A stretch of DNA of 64,000 nt. Source: an uncultured Candidatus Saccharibacteria bacterium (GTDB lineage Bacteria; Patescibacteriota; Minisyncoccia; Phycocordibacterales; Phycocordibacteraceae). Positions 48,402 through 58,221 of this stretch are shown here, one piece after another. A program made the translations under genes and the position numbers. The stretch lies in NCBI GenBank assembly GCA_964446735.1, contig CAYUQB010000001.1, forward strand, positions 444,460 to 508,459. The letters are read 5' to 3'. The notes below the pieces were generated by a model, which saw nothing but the letters and a program-made list of their open reading frames with translations, searched no databases and was not told the DNA's origin. Position 1 is the first letter of the stretch. Each line of letters starts with the position of its first letter.

Positions 48402-50282
48402 ATGGCGGACGAGGAATTGAATTCCCTCGAGAAAGTACAGCGCCGCTTGTACGGCTCAGAATCACCACCGGTCTTCGATACCCCGGTGCTTAAGGAGCGT
48501 GCTGCTGAGCGTACCGGTGGCTGGGATAAGCTGAAGGCGGGTTCCGAAGGACTGCGCAAAGAGGCGGAGCACATCTCCGGACCGGCTCGGTTTTTTATTG
48601 TTGCCTTTGCATTCTTCTTGGTAACTGGAGGTGGAGCCGTGATCTACCTCATCTATGGTGGGCGGATCGTGTCGACCAATAACGTGAACATTGCGGTGCA
48701 GGGTCCGACGTCGATAGCGAGTGGCGACACCGTTTCGCTCCTCGTTACTATCGAGAACCGGAATCCCGTGGCCATGAAAAAGCCTCGGATCACCCTTGAT
48801 TTCCCCGAGGGGACAAAATCAGCAGATGATACTTCGCTGCCGCTTTCCCTCTATGCAAGTGAGCTTGAAGATATCCCTTCGGGTGGGAAGGCTGAGGTAA
48901 GTGTGCGTGCGGCCGTGTATGGGAGTGAAGGTCAGAACGTCACGGTGCCGCTTAAGGTCGAGTACCGTACCGATAGTAGTAATTCGGTGTTTGTGAAGCA
49001 GAAGCAATACTCGTTCATCATCACCTCGTCACCCATCAGCCTCAATATCTCCTCGCTTACGCAGGCGTCTGCTGGGCAAACGGTCACGATTGACGTGGCA
49101 GTGAAGAGTAATGCGAACGGTCCGGTCAATGATGTTGCGGTAGTCGCCCAGTATCCTTTTGGGTTCACACTCACCCGCAGCGATCCACAGCCAACCACCG
49201 GTTCGGTATTCACTTTTGGTACGCTCGGGCCGGGTGAAGAACGTCGTATCAGTATTACGGGGACTGTCTCGGGAGAAAACAACGACGAGCGCATCTTCAA
49301 ATTCACCGCGGGTACGCTTGCCTCTAGTGGAGGGACTTCGCTCGCGACCTCGTTTACGAGCAAGGAGACTCTCATACGTCTCACCAAGCCATTCCTTGCA
49401 ACTACACTCTCAGTTAATCGCGATACCTCTACAAGCCCGGTGATTGAGGCGGGCGTACCAGTTGCGGTGACTGTTTCGTGGGTTAACACACTTCCAAAGC
49501 CCGTGACGAACGCGCGGGTATCAGTTCAGATCGTTGGCGACGCACTTGATCCTGCAAGCGTTACGGGCGCCGGCTTCTATCGTTCGAGTGATAACACCGT
49601 GTTATTTGATGCTAGTACGAATCCCGGCCTCGCTGCACTACAGCCAGGCGATACAGGGCAGGGGACGTTCACCTTTGCTACGAAGCGCTCGGCACTCTCA
49701 ATGAGTAATCCAAGCGTTGTACTCAAGGTGTCAGTCGCGGGGCAACGGCTTTCGGAAAGCAACGTTCCTGAAACTATAACGGCGACACTTACGCGGACGG
49801 TAAAAGTCGGAACAAATCTTGCTCTCACTTCACGTGCGGTGCGCACCACAGGGCCGTTCACAAACGTGGGTCCGTGGCCTCCCGAAGCAAATAAGGAGAG
49901 TACGTACACGGTAATGTATACGCTCAACAATTCTGGCAACACAGTCGCAGGAACACAGATAACTGCCGCGCTGCCTTCCTATGTACGCTTCACTGGTGCC
50001 ACGAACCCGAACGATGGATCCGTAAAATATGATGACGCTTCTCGTACGGTGACTTGGAGTGCAGGTGATGTCACCGCTGGGGCGAGTAAAACGGCAGCGT
50101 TCCAGATTGCGATCACACCGAGTGTTTCCCAGCAGAATACGGCACCGGTACTCCTGTATGCTCAGCAGGTGACCGGCGTCGATCGGTTCACCCAGCGTAC
50201 GATTACTGGAAGCGTACCGGAGCTCACCACAGAAGTGAGTAAGGACCCGGCCTACACCGCTGGAGTTGGTAAGGTGAAATAA
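48402..50282 (+). CDS. Large membrane-anchored beta-rich surface protein (DUF11/Ig-like repeats)
   Basis: One TM near the N-terminus; Thr/Ser/Val-rich beta strands, GPxPP..YTV motif. Confidence 0.8.
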   Translation: MADEELNSLEKVQRRLYGSESPPVFDTPVLKERAAERTGGWDKLKAGSEGLRKEAEHISGPARFFIVAFAFFLVTGGGAVIYLIYGGRIVSTNNVNIAVQGPTSIASGDTVSLLVTIENRNPVAMKKPRITLDFPEGTKSADDTSLPLSLYASELEDIPSGGKAEVSVRAAVYGSEGQNVTVPLKVEYRTDSSNSVFVKQKQYSFIITSSPISLNISSLTQASAGQTVTIDVAVKSNANGPVNDVAVVAQYPFGFTLTRSDPQPTTGSVFTFGTLGPGEERRISITGTVSGENNDERIFKFTAGTLASSGGTSLATSFTSKETLIRLTKPFLATTLSVNRDTSTSPVIEAGVPVAVTVSWVNTLPKPVTNARVSVQIVGDALDPASVTGAGFYRSSDNTVLFDASTNPGLAALQPGDTGQGTFTFATKRSALSMSNPSVVLKVSVAGQRLSESNVPETITATLTRTVKVGTNLALTSRAVRTTGPFTNVGPWPPEANKESTYTVMYTLNNSGNTVAGTQITAALPSYVRFTGATNPNDGSVKYDDASRTVTWSAGDVTAGASKTAAFQIAITPSVSQQNTAPVLLYAQQVTGVDRFTQRTITGSVPELTTEVSKDPAYTAGVGKVK

Positions 50283-50301
50283 TTCGCGTAGTATCGACCC
50301 T

Positions 50302-51690
50302 ATGGAAACACCCAGTCTCGATACCATAGTCTCTTTGGCTAAGCGCCGAGGGTTCGTATTCCCTGGCTCCGAGATATACGGCGGTTTTGCTGGTACCTAC
50401 GACTGGGGACCGCTTGGTGTTCCGCTTCGCGAGAACGTCATGAATCTCTGGAACAGGGCTATGAGAAGTCACGACGATATAGCACCACTTGATTCAAGTA
50501 TCGTTACCGCAGGTGCAGTGTGGGAGGCTAGTGGCCACGTACATAATTTCTCAGATCCGCTCGTTGCCTGTCTGGCCTGCGGGACTAAGCATCGGGCAGA
50601 TCATCTACTTGAGGCAATTGGCGTGCAAGCAGATGAAAAAATGACTGAGAAGGAGTTGAATGCGCTTTTTGATGCTAATCGCGACAAGCTTGTATGTACG
50701 AATTGTGGAAAAAAGGACTTTGATGTCGTGACGAATCGGTACCTCTTGGCGACAACCAATCTCGGAATGATTTCTGACGACGATCCGCAGGTCTACCTGC
50801 GAGGGGAGACAGCACAGGGAATTTATATCAACTATAAGAATGTGCTCGACTCAGGATTCTACAAAGTCCCATTCGGTATCGCACAAGTTGGTAAAGCGTT
50901 TCGCAACGAGATTAATCCACGCCAATTTCTTTTCCGTAAACGGGAGTTCGAGCAGATGGAGATGCAGTACTTTGTGCATCCCAACCAAGCGGTGCACGTA
51001 TTCGAGGAGTGGCGTAACGAGCGCATGGCATATTATGCCCAACTCGGCATTCGGAAAGAAAAACTTCGTTGGAAGCAGCATGAGAATCTCGTTTTCTACG
51101 CCAAGGATGCTTGGGATATTGAATACGAGTTTCCCTTCGGATGGGGTGAGCTCGAAGGTCTCCACTATCGAGGAGAATATGATCTCTCGCAACACCAGAA
51201 GTTCTCTGGAGTGGACCTCACATTTTTCGACGAAGAGACGAAGGAACGCTTCATACCACATGTGGTGGAAGCATCTGTTGGTCTCGACCGCTCGATATTG
51301 ATGGTACTCGCCGATGCATATCGCGAGGACGAAATGAATGGTGAAACTCGGGCATACCTGGCCTTTGATCCGAAAGTCGCACCGATAAAAGCAATGGTTT
51401 CTCCGCTTCTGAAGAACAAGCCTGAGCTCGTCGAGAAAGCGAAAGAAGTCCGTAACGAACTTCGAAAGGCACATCCTGCTATCGCATGGGACGACAATGG
51501 AAATATTGGTAAGCGGTACCGTAGACAGGACGAAATAGGAACCCCGTTCTGCATCACCATTGATTTCGACACACTCGGCGAGACGGCGGATTTAAAAGAT
51601 ACGGTCACGTTGCGTCATCGCGACACCGGGGAGCAGGAACGGCTTACGGTTGCTGAAGTAGCAGAGCGTATCCGGGCCGCCGTAGGCTAA
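50302..51690 (+). CDS. glyQS: Glycine--tRNA ligase, alpha2 dimeric type
   Basis: KRRGF..SEIYGG, LRGETAQGI, GKAFRNEI, REFEQME, IGKRYRRQDEIGTP. Confidence 0.96.
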   Translation: METPSLDTIVSLAKRRGFVFPGSEIYGGFAGTYDWGPLGVPLRENVMNLWNRAMRSHDDIAPLDSSIVTAGAVWEASGHVHNFSDPLVACLACGTKHRADHLLEAIGVQADEKMTEKELNALFDANRDKLVCTNCGKKDFDVVTNRYLLATTNLGMISDDDPQVYLRGETAQGIYINYKNVLDSGFYKVPFGIAQVGKAFRNEINPRQFLFRKREFEQMEMQYFVHPNQAVHVFEEWRNERMAYYAQLGIRKEKLRWKQHENLVFYAKDAWDIEYEFPFGWGELEGLHYRGEYDLSQHQKFSGVDLTFFDEETKERFIPHVVEASVGLDRSILMVLADAYREDEMNGETRAYLAFDPKVAPIKAMVSPLLKNKPELVEKAKEVRNELRKAHPAIAWDDNGNIGKRYRRQDEIGTPFCITIDFDTLGETADLKDTVTLRHRDTGEQERLTVAEVAERIRAAVG

Positions 51691-51739
51691 GGGATTCAGC
51701 CAATCCTGCCACGCACACGTTTCGTGCTAGGATGCGCGT

Positions 51740-52792
51740 ATGGACAAGCAAATACAGGTCTCGATCACTCCGGGGACCATCATCACCGCCCTTATTATCG
51801 GGGCAGTGGCGTTTGCGGTGTGGACTCTGCGTGACCTCGCGCTTTTGGTACTGACGGCCATCGTAATTGCATCCGCCATTGAGCCGGGCGTCGTCTTCTT
51901 CACCCGTCGCAAATTCCACCGGGTGTTTGCGGTGCTGCTCATGTATCTTCTTGTATTCGGATCGCTTTTCGCTTCCGTCTATTTCTTTATTCCGCCCATG
52001 CTTGATGATGCGAGCAACTTTCTCTCGGTCATGTCGCAGTATTTGGGAACACTTCCGATACCGGGTGCGCCGGATCCTAATGCTGCCGTACAAGCCGCGT
52101 CGAGCTCACAGCTTTCAGGAATGCTCGACACACTGTTTACAATTGAGCGAGCGTTTGTCGATCCATCAGCTGGAGCATTTAAGATCGTCTCGACGTTCTT
52201 CGGGGGACTCTTTTCGCTTCTTCTTGTCGTTATTCTTTCGTTCTACTTCGCTGTTCAAGATACCGGCATTGAGGAATTCTTAAAACTCATTACGCCCCAT
52301 AAGCACGAGCAGTATGTGGTCGGACTGTGGCGCCGCGCGCAGCGCAAGATCGGTCTCTGGATGCAGGGTCAGCTACTCTCCTCGCTTATGAGCGGCGTCA
52401 TTGTGTATCTGGGCTTACTCATTCTGGGTATCCCCTATGCGCTACTCCTTGCGGTATTCACCGCAATTGCGGGGTTAGTACCGATCTTCGGTTCCTTCGT
52501 TGCTGCGGTTCCAGCAATCATCATTGCGTTTACGACAGGCGGCGTCACGCTCGCGCTCATCGTGGCGGGCCTCTTCCTTATCGTGAATCAGTTTGAAGCA
52601 CATCTTATACATCCGTTGGTGGTGAATAAGGTGGTAGGTATTCCGCCGCTTCTGGTTATTCTCGCCCTCATTGTCGGCGGCCAACTAGCAGGCTTCTTGG
52701 GAGTCGTGCTGGCAATCCCCGTTGCAGCAGCATTGCGCGAATTCCTCGCTGACCTTGATCGTGGCAAGCGTGCTCGTGCACAATCGGCGTAA
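51740..52792 (+). CDS. AI-2E family transporter
   Basis: Multi-TM; W..GQL, PIFG, QFEAHLIHP, G..LAIPVAA. Confidence 0.9.
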   Translation: MDKQIQVSITPGTIITALIIGAVAFAVWTLRDLALLVLTAIVIASAIEPGVVFFTRRKFHRVFAVLLMYLLVFGSLFASVYFFIPPMLDDASNFLSVMSQYLGTLPIPGAPDPNAAVQAASSSQLSGMLDTLFTIERAFVDPSAGAFKIVSTFFGGLFSLLLVVILSFYFAVQDTGIEEFLKLITPHKHEQYVVGLWRRAQRKIGLWMQGQLLSSLMSGVIVYLGLLILGIPYALLLAVFTAIAGLVPIFGSFVAAVPAIIIAFTTGGVTLALIVAGLFLIVNQFEAHLIHPLVVNKVVGIPPLLVILALIVGGQLAGFLGVVLAIPVAAALREFLADLDRGKRARAQSA

Positions 52793-54231
52793 TGGCTCGG
52801 TACATAACCCCCACGATTGCGTATGTGAACGCCGATCCCCATATCGGCTATGCTCTCGAACTTATTCAGAGCGATACGCTTGCTCGCCTGTGGCGACTTG
52901 AAGGTGAAGACGTGTTCTTCAATACGGGAGCAGATGAGCACGGACAGAAGATATTTGAAGCTGCTCAGAAGAACGGTCAGGATGTGCAGGCATATGTCGA
53001 TCACTACGCCGACGAGCTCCGCAAGCTTAAGGATGCGCTTGATTTATCTCCAGACAATTTCATCCGAACAACCAGTCCCGAGCATAAAGCGGCAGCGCAG
53101 GAGATGTGGCGTATCTGTGACGCGGCAGGCGACATTTATAAGAAGTCGTACACCGGACTGTATTGCGTCGGGTGTGAACTCTACAAGAACGAGAAGGACC
53201 TGAACGAAGACGGTTTTTGTCTCATCCACCCGAGCCTAAAGCCTCAGACGCTCTCGGAAGAGAATTACTTCTTCCGGTTCTCAAAGTATCAAGACGCATT
53301 GCTTAGCTACCTCGACCGTCCCGATGTACTTATTCCTGACTGGAGAAGGGAAGAAGCACGAAATTTTATCGAAGGTGGTCTTGAGGACTTCAGCATTTCG
53401 CGGGAGAAAGCACGTCTGTCGTGGGGGGTTCCAGTTCCCGGCGACGACTCTCAAGTCATGTACGTATGGTTCGACGCGCTCACTGATTATCTTTCGACAC
53501 TTGGCTGGCCAGAGGATGCGGAAGGCAAGTTCGAGAAGTTCTGGCAGAACGGTCGTACAGTACAGGTGGCTGGTAAAGACCAGGTCCGGTTCCAGTCCCT
53601 AATGTGGCAGGCAATGCTCATGTCGGCAGGTATACAAAACACCGACCAGATTTTCTATCACGGCTTCATTACGTCAGGAGGTCAGCGTATGAGCAAGTCG
53701 CTTGGTAACGTCATCAGTCCCTACGAGCTGGTTGAGAAATACGGCACCGATGCGACTCGGTATCTACTTTTGCGCCATGTGCATGCGACTGATGATTCGG
53801 ATGTCACCTGGGAGAAGCTCGATGAGTGGTATACCGCAAATCTCGTGAATGGGTTGGGGAATCTGGTGGCCCGGGTAATGAAGCTGGCAGAAGAACATCT
53901 ATCGCAGCCGGTTGAACTCGCCAAAGAAGATACCGCTCTGGAACAAGGATTCGTCGGTTTGCTTGACCGGTTTGCATTCAACGAAGCCATGGACCTGGTG
54001 TGGGAGCACGTTGGGAAGGGCGATGAATTCATGACGAGTCGAGAGCCTTATAAGAAAATCAAGAATCCTGAAACCGTAGAAGAGGCCCGGTCGGATATCG
54101 AAAAGCTCGTAACACATCTTGCAAAAATTGCTGTGCATTTAACGCCGATTATGCCGAGAACCAGCGAAGCGATTATCGAATCAATACGCACGAACACGAA
54201 ACCGGATAATCTTTTTCCTCGCCTTCCATAA
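52792..54231 (+). CDS. metG: Methionine--tRNA ligase (short, no C-terminal OB domain)
   Basis: YVNADPHIG, GADEHGQKI, YVWFDAL, GKD, MSKSLGN, LFPR. Confidence 0.96.
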   Translation: MARYITPTIAYVNADPHIGYALELIQSDTLARLWRLEGEDVFFNTGADEHGQKIFEAAQKNGQDVQAYVDHYADELRKLKDALDLSPDNFIRTTSPEHKAAAQEMWRICDAAGDIYKKSYTGLYCVGCELYKNEKDLNEDGFCLIHPSLKPQTLSEENYFFRFSKYQDALLSYLDRPDVLIPDWRREEARNFIEGGLEDFSISREKARLSWGVPVPGDDSQVMYVWFDALTDYLSTLGWPEDAEGKFEKFWQNGRTVQVAGKDQVRFQSLMWQAMLMSAGIQNTDQIFYHGFITSGGQRMSKSLGNVISPYELVEKYGTDATRYLLLRHVHATDDSDVTWEKLDEWYTANLVNGLGNLVARVMKLAEEHLSQPVELAKEDTALEQGFVGLLDRFAFNEAMDLVWEHVGKGDEFMTSREPYKKIKNPETVEEARSDIEKLVTHLAKIAVHLTPIMPRTSEAIIESIRTNTKPDNLFPRLP

Positions 54232-54233
54232 CC

Positions 54234-55022
54234 ATGCGCTACTTTGACGCGCATTGTCACATTCAGTTCGATCCGTACGATGAGGACCGTGATGCGCTTA
54301 TCGGACGCATGCGAACGGAGGCGATTGGTGGACTCGTGGTGGGTACGAACCTCGAATCATCGCAGAAGGCAGTGGCGCTGGGGCAGATGCATGAGCATCT
54401 CTATGCCAGCGTAGGGCTCCACCCGAACGCTGTCGACGTCGAGGAATTTGATATCTCTACGTTTGAAGATCTTGCAAAGAATGACAAGGTGGTTGCGATA
54501 GGGGAGTGCGGACTTGATTACTATCGTCCCGAGGACCCCGATGCAGCAAAAGAGAAACAGAAGGAACTATTTCAAGCACATGTCGACCTGGCAGTGCGAG
54601 TTGGAAAACCGCTCATAATCCATGCGCGCCCGACGAGGGGGACTATGAACGCATACGAAGATGCACTCGACATACTCGAGGCGGTAAAGCGAGAGCATCC
54701 CGATCTCCGAGGCGATTTCCATTTCTTTGTAGGTGATGTGGCGACCGCGGAACGGATTGTTGCGCTCGACTTTACAGTGTCATTCACGGCGGTGCTTACG
54801 TTTGCTCGCGACTATGACAATGTGGTGCGATCGGTGCCACGCACCCATATCCTTTCTGAAACAGATGCTCCATACGTGGCACCCTTGAGCCGTCGTGGCG
54901 AGCGCAATGATCCATTCGCAATTCCCGAGATTGTTAGGTTAATTGCACAGATACGAGGTGAGAGTGAGGAAGTCGTACAACAGGCAGTCCTAAAAAACGC
55001 ACAACACCTTTTTCGGATATAA
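54234..55022 (+). CDS. tatD: TatD family deoxyribonuclease
   Basis: DAHCH, GLHP, IGECGLDY, IIHAR, SETDAPY. Confidence 0.95.
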   Translation: MRYFDAHCHIQFDPYDEDRDALIGRMRTEAIGGLVVGTNLESSQKAVALGQMHEHLYASVGLHPNAVDVEEFDISTFEDLAKNDKVVAIGECGLDYYRPEDPDAAKEKQKELFQAHVDLAVRVGKPLIIHARPTRGTMNAYEDALDILEAVKREHPDLRGDFHFFVGDVATAERIVALDFTVSFTAVLTFARDYDNVVRSVPRTHILSETDAPYVAPLSRRGERNDPFAIPEIVRLIAQIRGESEEVVQQAVLKNAQHLFRI

Positions 55023-55058
55023 AACGAACACCGCCCGGGCGAGGGGCGGTGCGGCCGT

Positions 55059-55622
55059 TTAGGCAGGGTAGAGCTGGGCGAGTCGCCAGCGATTCTTGAT
55101 CCGGGAGAAGAACTCGTAGACCTCACGGAATAGACGAATCGCGAGCGGTTCCTCCGGATCGAAGGTCTCGATCCACCAGCACGGGACGACTTGATCGTGG
55201 GCGCGTACGACCGTGTTCGCAATGAACGCGAGCCGGCTGAAACGCCACGTCTCGACGACGAAAATAACTCGGTCGTAGATGATCCCAGCGCGTGCCTGCT
55301 CATGCAGGAAACGCAGAACCTCCTCGACCTCGCCGTGCGTGGTGAACTCCTCCGCCTCGCCACACTTGATGGTGGGATGGTGGAGGGCGGCATGATGCAG
55401 ATACTGGTGCATGATCCAGCCCATCGGCGCGCCCTTGAACTTCGGGCCAGCCCTCCCGGCCGGCGTGAAGATCGTGACGTTTGCCGAGCGAGTTTCCACC
55501 CACTTGTGTCCGTGCTTCAGCGCCGTTTCGCAGGCAAGAGCGGTCCGCGGTCCGCAGACCACATCGCCCTCCGGAGTCCACTCAAGGTCCCCGGCGATCG
55601 GTACGATAAGAACAGTGGCCAC
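55059..55622 (-). CDS. Hypothetical protein, divergent DUF218/YdcF-like
   Basis: AAAGGAGG SD, GC-rich codons; M..YL, FTTHGE and VIFVVETWRFSR resemble DUF218 blocks. Confidence 0.6.
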   Translation of the reverse strand: MATVLIVPIAGDLEWTPEGDVVCGPRTALACETALKHGHKWVETRSANVTIFTPAGRAGPKFKGAPMGWIMHQYLHHAALHHPTIKCGEAEEFTTHGEVEEVLRFLHEQARAGIIYDRVIFVVETWRFSRLAFIANTVVRAHDQVVPCWWIETFDPEEPLAIRLFREVYEFFSRIKNRWRLAQLYPA

Positions 55623-55742
55623 CGGGAGCCTCCTTTCAGTTGCCGGTTGTGAGGAAAACTATACTATGCAAAGTTGAAAAGGCAAGTGTCGCCAGCTCCA
55701 TTCGTTGCTGGCCGAAAAGGAGCGTGCTACAGTGCGCCTGTT

Positions 55743-56246
55743 ATGAAAAAAGAATTCGACCACGGTGCAGAGGGCACCGAGTCTGAGCTTGAGGCGGGAT
55801 ATAACGAGTCCCGAATCTACGAGCTCGGCTTCCACCTCGATTCTGAACTTCCGAGCGAAGAAGTGAAGAAGACTTATCAGAACCTTCGCGATGTTATCGC
55901 AGGCGTGGGAACTCTCGTTGCCGAGGGTGAACCTACCAAGGTCGCTCTTGCGTATACCATTTCTCGCAGTGAGCAAGCTGGCCGACGTGACTTCACGAGT
56001 GCTTTCTTTTGCTGGATCGCATACGAGACCGCTGGAGAAGGGCATGACGCAGTACTTGAGGCAGTGAAAGCTGAACCACGAGTCATTCGCTACCTCGATA
56101 TCCGCACCACCAAAGAAGCTGCCAAGCATGCTGAAGAGATGGCGGAAATCTACGCTCGCACTCCGGAACCTGAAGACGGTGCTCCTGAAGAGGAGGTCTC
56201 CGATACCGAGCTCGATGCAGCACTGAAGGAAGCGGGTGCCGCATAA
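55743..56246 (+). CDS. rpsF: 30S ribosomal protein S6 (acidic extensions)
   Basis: YEL, LAYTI, VIRYL; rpsF-ssb-rpsR order. Confidence 0.85.
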   Translation: MKKEFDHGAEGTESELEAGYNESRIYELGFHLDSELPSEEVKKTYQNLRDVIAGVGTLVAEGEPTKVALAYTISRSEQAGRRDFTSAFFCWIAYETAGEGHDAVLEAVKAEPRVIRYLDIRTTKEAAKHAEEMAEIYARTPEPEDGAPEEEVSDTELDAALKEAGAA

Positions 56247-56264
56247 GGCGGTATACTGGAACGC

Positions 56265-56711
56265 ATGTATATCAACAAAGTCCAGCTCTACGGGAACCTG
56301 ACCCGAGACCCAGAAGTGAAAGCACTTCCTTCTGGTCAACAGGTCGCTAATTTTAGCGTCGCTACCAACCGTACGTTCAAGGATAAGAATGGTGCACGAC
56401 AGGAACAGACCGAGTTCCATAACGTAGTCGCATTCGGCCGCACCGCAGAGGTCATAGGTCAGTATATGAAGAAGGGTCGTCCTATATTCGTGGAAGGCCG
56501 TATGCAAACCCGCTCATGGGACAAGGATGGTCAGAAGCAGTATCGTACCGAAGTCATCGTCGAGAGCTTCCAGTTTGGACCAGGCGGCGGTATGGGAGAG
56601 GGAGGTCCTCGAAGCTCAGAGTCGGTGGCCGCAAACGATTCTGTCGACATGGGAAGCGACTCCATTCAGTATCCTGACGAAGAGATTAATCCGGAAGATA
56701 TTCCGTTCTAA
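56265..56711 (+). CDS. ssb: Single-stranded DNA-binding protein
   Basis: NKVQLYGNLTRDPE, VEGRMQTRSW, DIPF tail. Confidence 0.97.
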   Translation: MYINKVQLYGNLTRDPEVKALPSGQQVANFSVATNRTFKDKNGARQEQTEFHNVVAFGRTAEVIGQYMKKGRPIFVEGRMQTRSWDKDGQKQYRTEVIVESFQFGPGGGMGEGGPRSSESVAANDSVDMGSDSIQYPDEEINPEDIPF

Positions 56712-56722
56712 CGAAAGCAATC

Positions 56723-56929
56723 ATGGCATATCAAGCAGAGCGCGAGGAAATCGAGCACAAGAAGTTTGTCGATTACAAGGACATCGCCTATCTACGGCAG
56801 TTCACGAATCCGCACGCAAAGATCCTTGGCAAGAAGCGTACAGGCATCAGTGCAGATAAGCAGCGTGAAATCGCACTTGCGATCAAGCGTGCCCGCTATA
56901 TGGCACTCATGCCGTATTTGACTGCGTAA
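56723..56929 (+). CDS. rpsR: 30S ribosomal protein S18
   Basis: DYKD, KIL..RTG, QR..AIKRARYMALMPY. Confidence 0.95.
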   Translation: MAYQAEREEIEHKKFVDYKDIAYLRQFTNPHAKILGKKRTGISADKQREIALAIKRARYMALMPYLTA

Positions 56930-56940
56930 TATTCGCACAA

Positions 56941-56977
56941 AAGAAAAGACCCCAGGTGTTCCTGGGGTCTTTTCTTT
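56941..56977. terminator. Bidirectional terminator between rpsR and efp
   Basis: aagaaaagaccccagg..cctggggtcttttctt inverted repeat. Confidence 0.85.
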
Positions 56978-56984
56978 GTACGCA

Positions 56985-57560
56985 CTATGCTTTGCTCACT
57001 CGCTCAACGTATTCACCAAGCTCGGTATTAATGCGTAGTACATCCCCAGGATTGATGAAGAGGGGAGTGAGTACCGTTGCGCCGCTCTCGAGGGTCACCA
57101 GCTTATTGCCGCCTGTTGCGGTGTCACCCTTCACGGCAGGCGGAGCATCAGTCACTTTAAGGTCCACCTTGATGGGGATCTCCACCGTAACCGGCTTGTC
57201 GTTATAGAGCATCATCTCGACAGGTGCGTTTTGTGTAAGCCACTGAATCTTGTCGTGAACCGCTTCTTCAGGGAAGGAGAAACGATTCTTTGGATTGCCC
57301 GCTTCACTGAACCAACTCTCACCACGATTCGTGTACAGATATACTGCATCCATGCGAGAGATGTCGGCCTCAGCCGCAGTCTCACTTTGATGGAAGCTGA
57401 TCTCAAGCACCTTGCCGGTAACCAGGTGGCGGAGCTTTGTCTGGTTCACGGGCTTGCGCTGCTGCATGCGGAACACGTGAGAAGAGAGGACCTCATACGG
57501 TTCGCTGTTGTAGACGATCACTTTCTTCTGGGTGATCTCGTTATACGAGAGAATTGCCAT
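56985..57560 (-). CDS. efp: Elongation factor P
   Basis: YLY, PAVKGDTATGGNK, LESG, PLFI..GD, EYVER. Confidence 0.92.
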   Translation of the reverse strand: MAILSYNEITQKKVIVYNSEPYEVLSSHVFRMQQRKPVNQTKLRHLVTGKVLEISFHQSETAAEADISRMDAVYLYTNRGESWFSEAGNPKNRFSFPEEAVHDKIQWLTQNAPVEMMLYNDKPVTVEIPIKVDLKVTDAPPAVKGDTATGGNKLVTLESGATVLTPLFINPGDVLRINTELGEYVERVSKA

Positions 57561-57644
57561 AATTCGGGTACTGCGACGTTTCCGCCAGCTCGTTAGTTAT
57601 AAAAAATGCCGGAGGTCCGGATTGAGGGTATGATACAAGACATC

Positions 57645-58214
57645 ATGCGCTTTTCAAGCGACGAACTTACTGCCCTCTCAGACGAAGAGGTATTACGCCT
57701 TTCTCGCAAGGAACCGGCGGCTTTTGAGGTCCTGGTTTCGCGCTACGAAGATGCGTTTCTCCGGAAAGCCCGTTCCATCCTGTACTCAAAGGAGGATGCA
57801 GAGGAGATCGTACAGGATGCCTTTACCCGCATCTATGTATATGCCGACCGCTATCAGCCCCAGGAGGGCGCTCAGTTCTCCTCATGGGCGTACGCCATCC
57901 TGACTCGCCTGGCCTTTACTCGATACCAAAAGCTCGCCAAACACCGGAAGATAACCGCACCGCTTGAGGCCGAGACGTATGAGCGTCTTCCTGACACGAG
58001 CGACTTTCGGGACGAACTGACGGTTAAAGATGAAGTGCTGGTCGCTCTGGCCAAGATTCCGGAATCGGCTGCACGAGTACTACGTCTCCAATTCCTTGAA
58101 GGTAAGACGCAGGAAGAAATTGCAGTGCTCGAGCAATCAAGTGTCTCAGCTGTGAAGACTCGAGTACACCGTGCTAAGAAATTATTCAAACAAGCCCTCG
58201 ACGAAACCTCGTAA
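57645..58214 (+). CDS. ECF-type RNA polymerase sigma factor
   Basis: AFEVLVSRY, DAEEIVQDAF, FSSW, EIA..VKTRVHRAK; start uncertain. Confidence 0.9.
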   Translation: MRFSSDELTALSDEEVLRLSRKEPAAFEVLVSRYEDAFLRKARSILYSKEDAEEIVQDAFTRIYVYADRYQPQEGAQFSSWAYAILTRLAFTRYQKLAKHRKITAPLEAETYERLPDTSDFRDELTVKDEVLVALAKIPESAARVLRLQFLEGKTQEEIAVLEQSSVSAVKTRVHRAKKLFKQALDETS

Positions 58215-58221
58215 CTCTACT

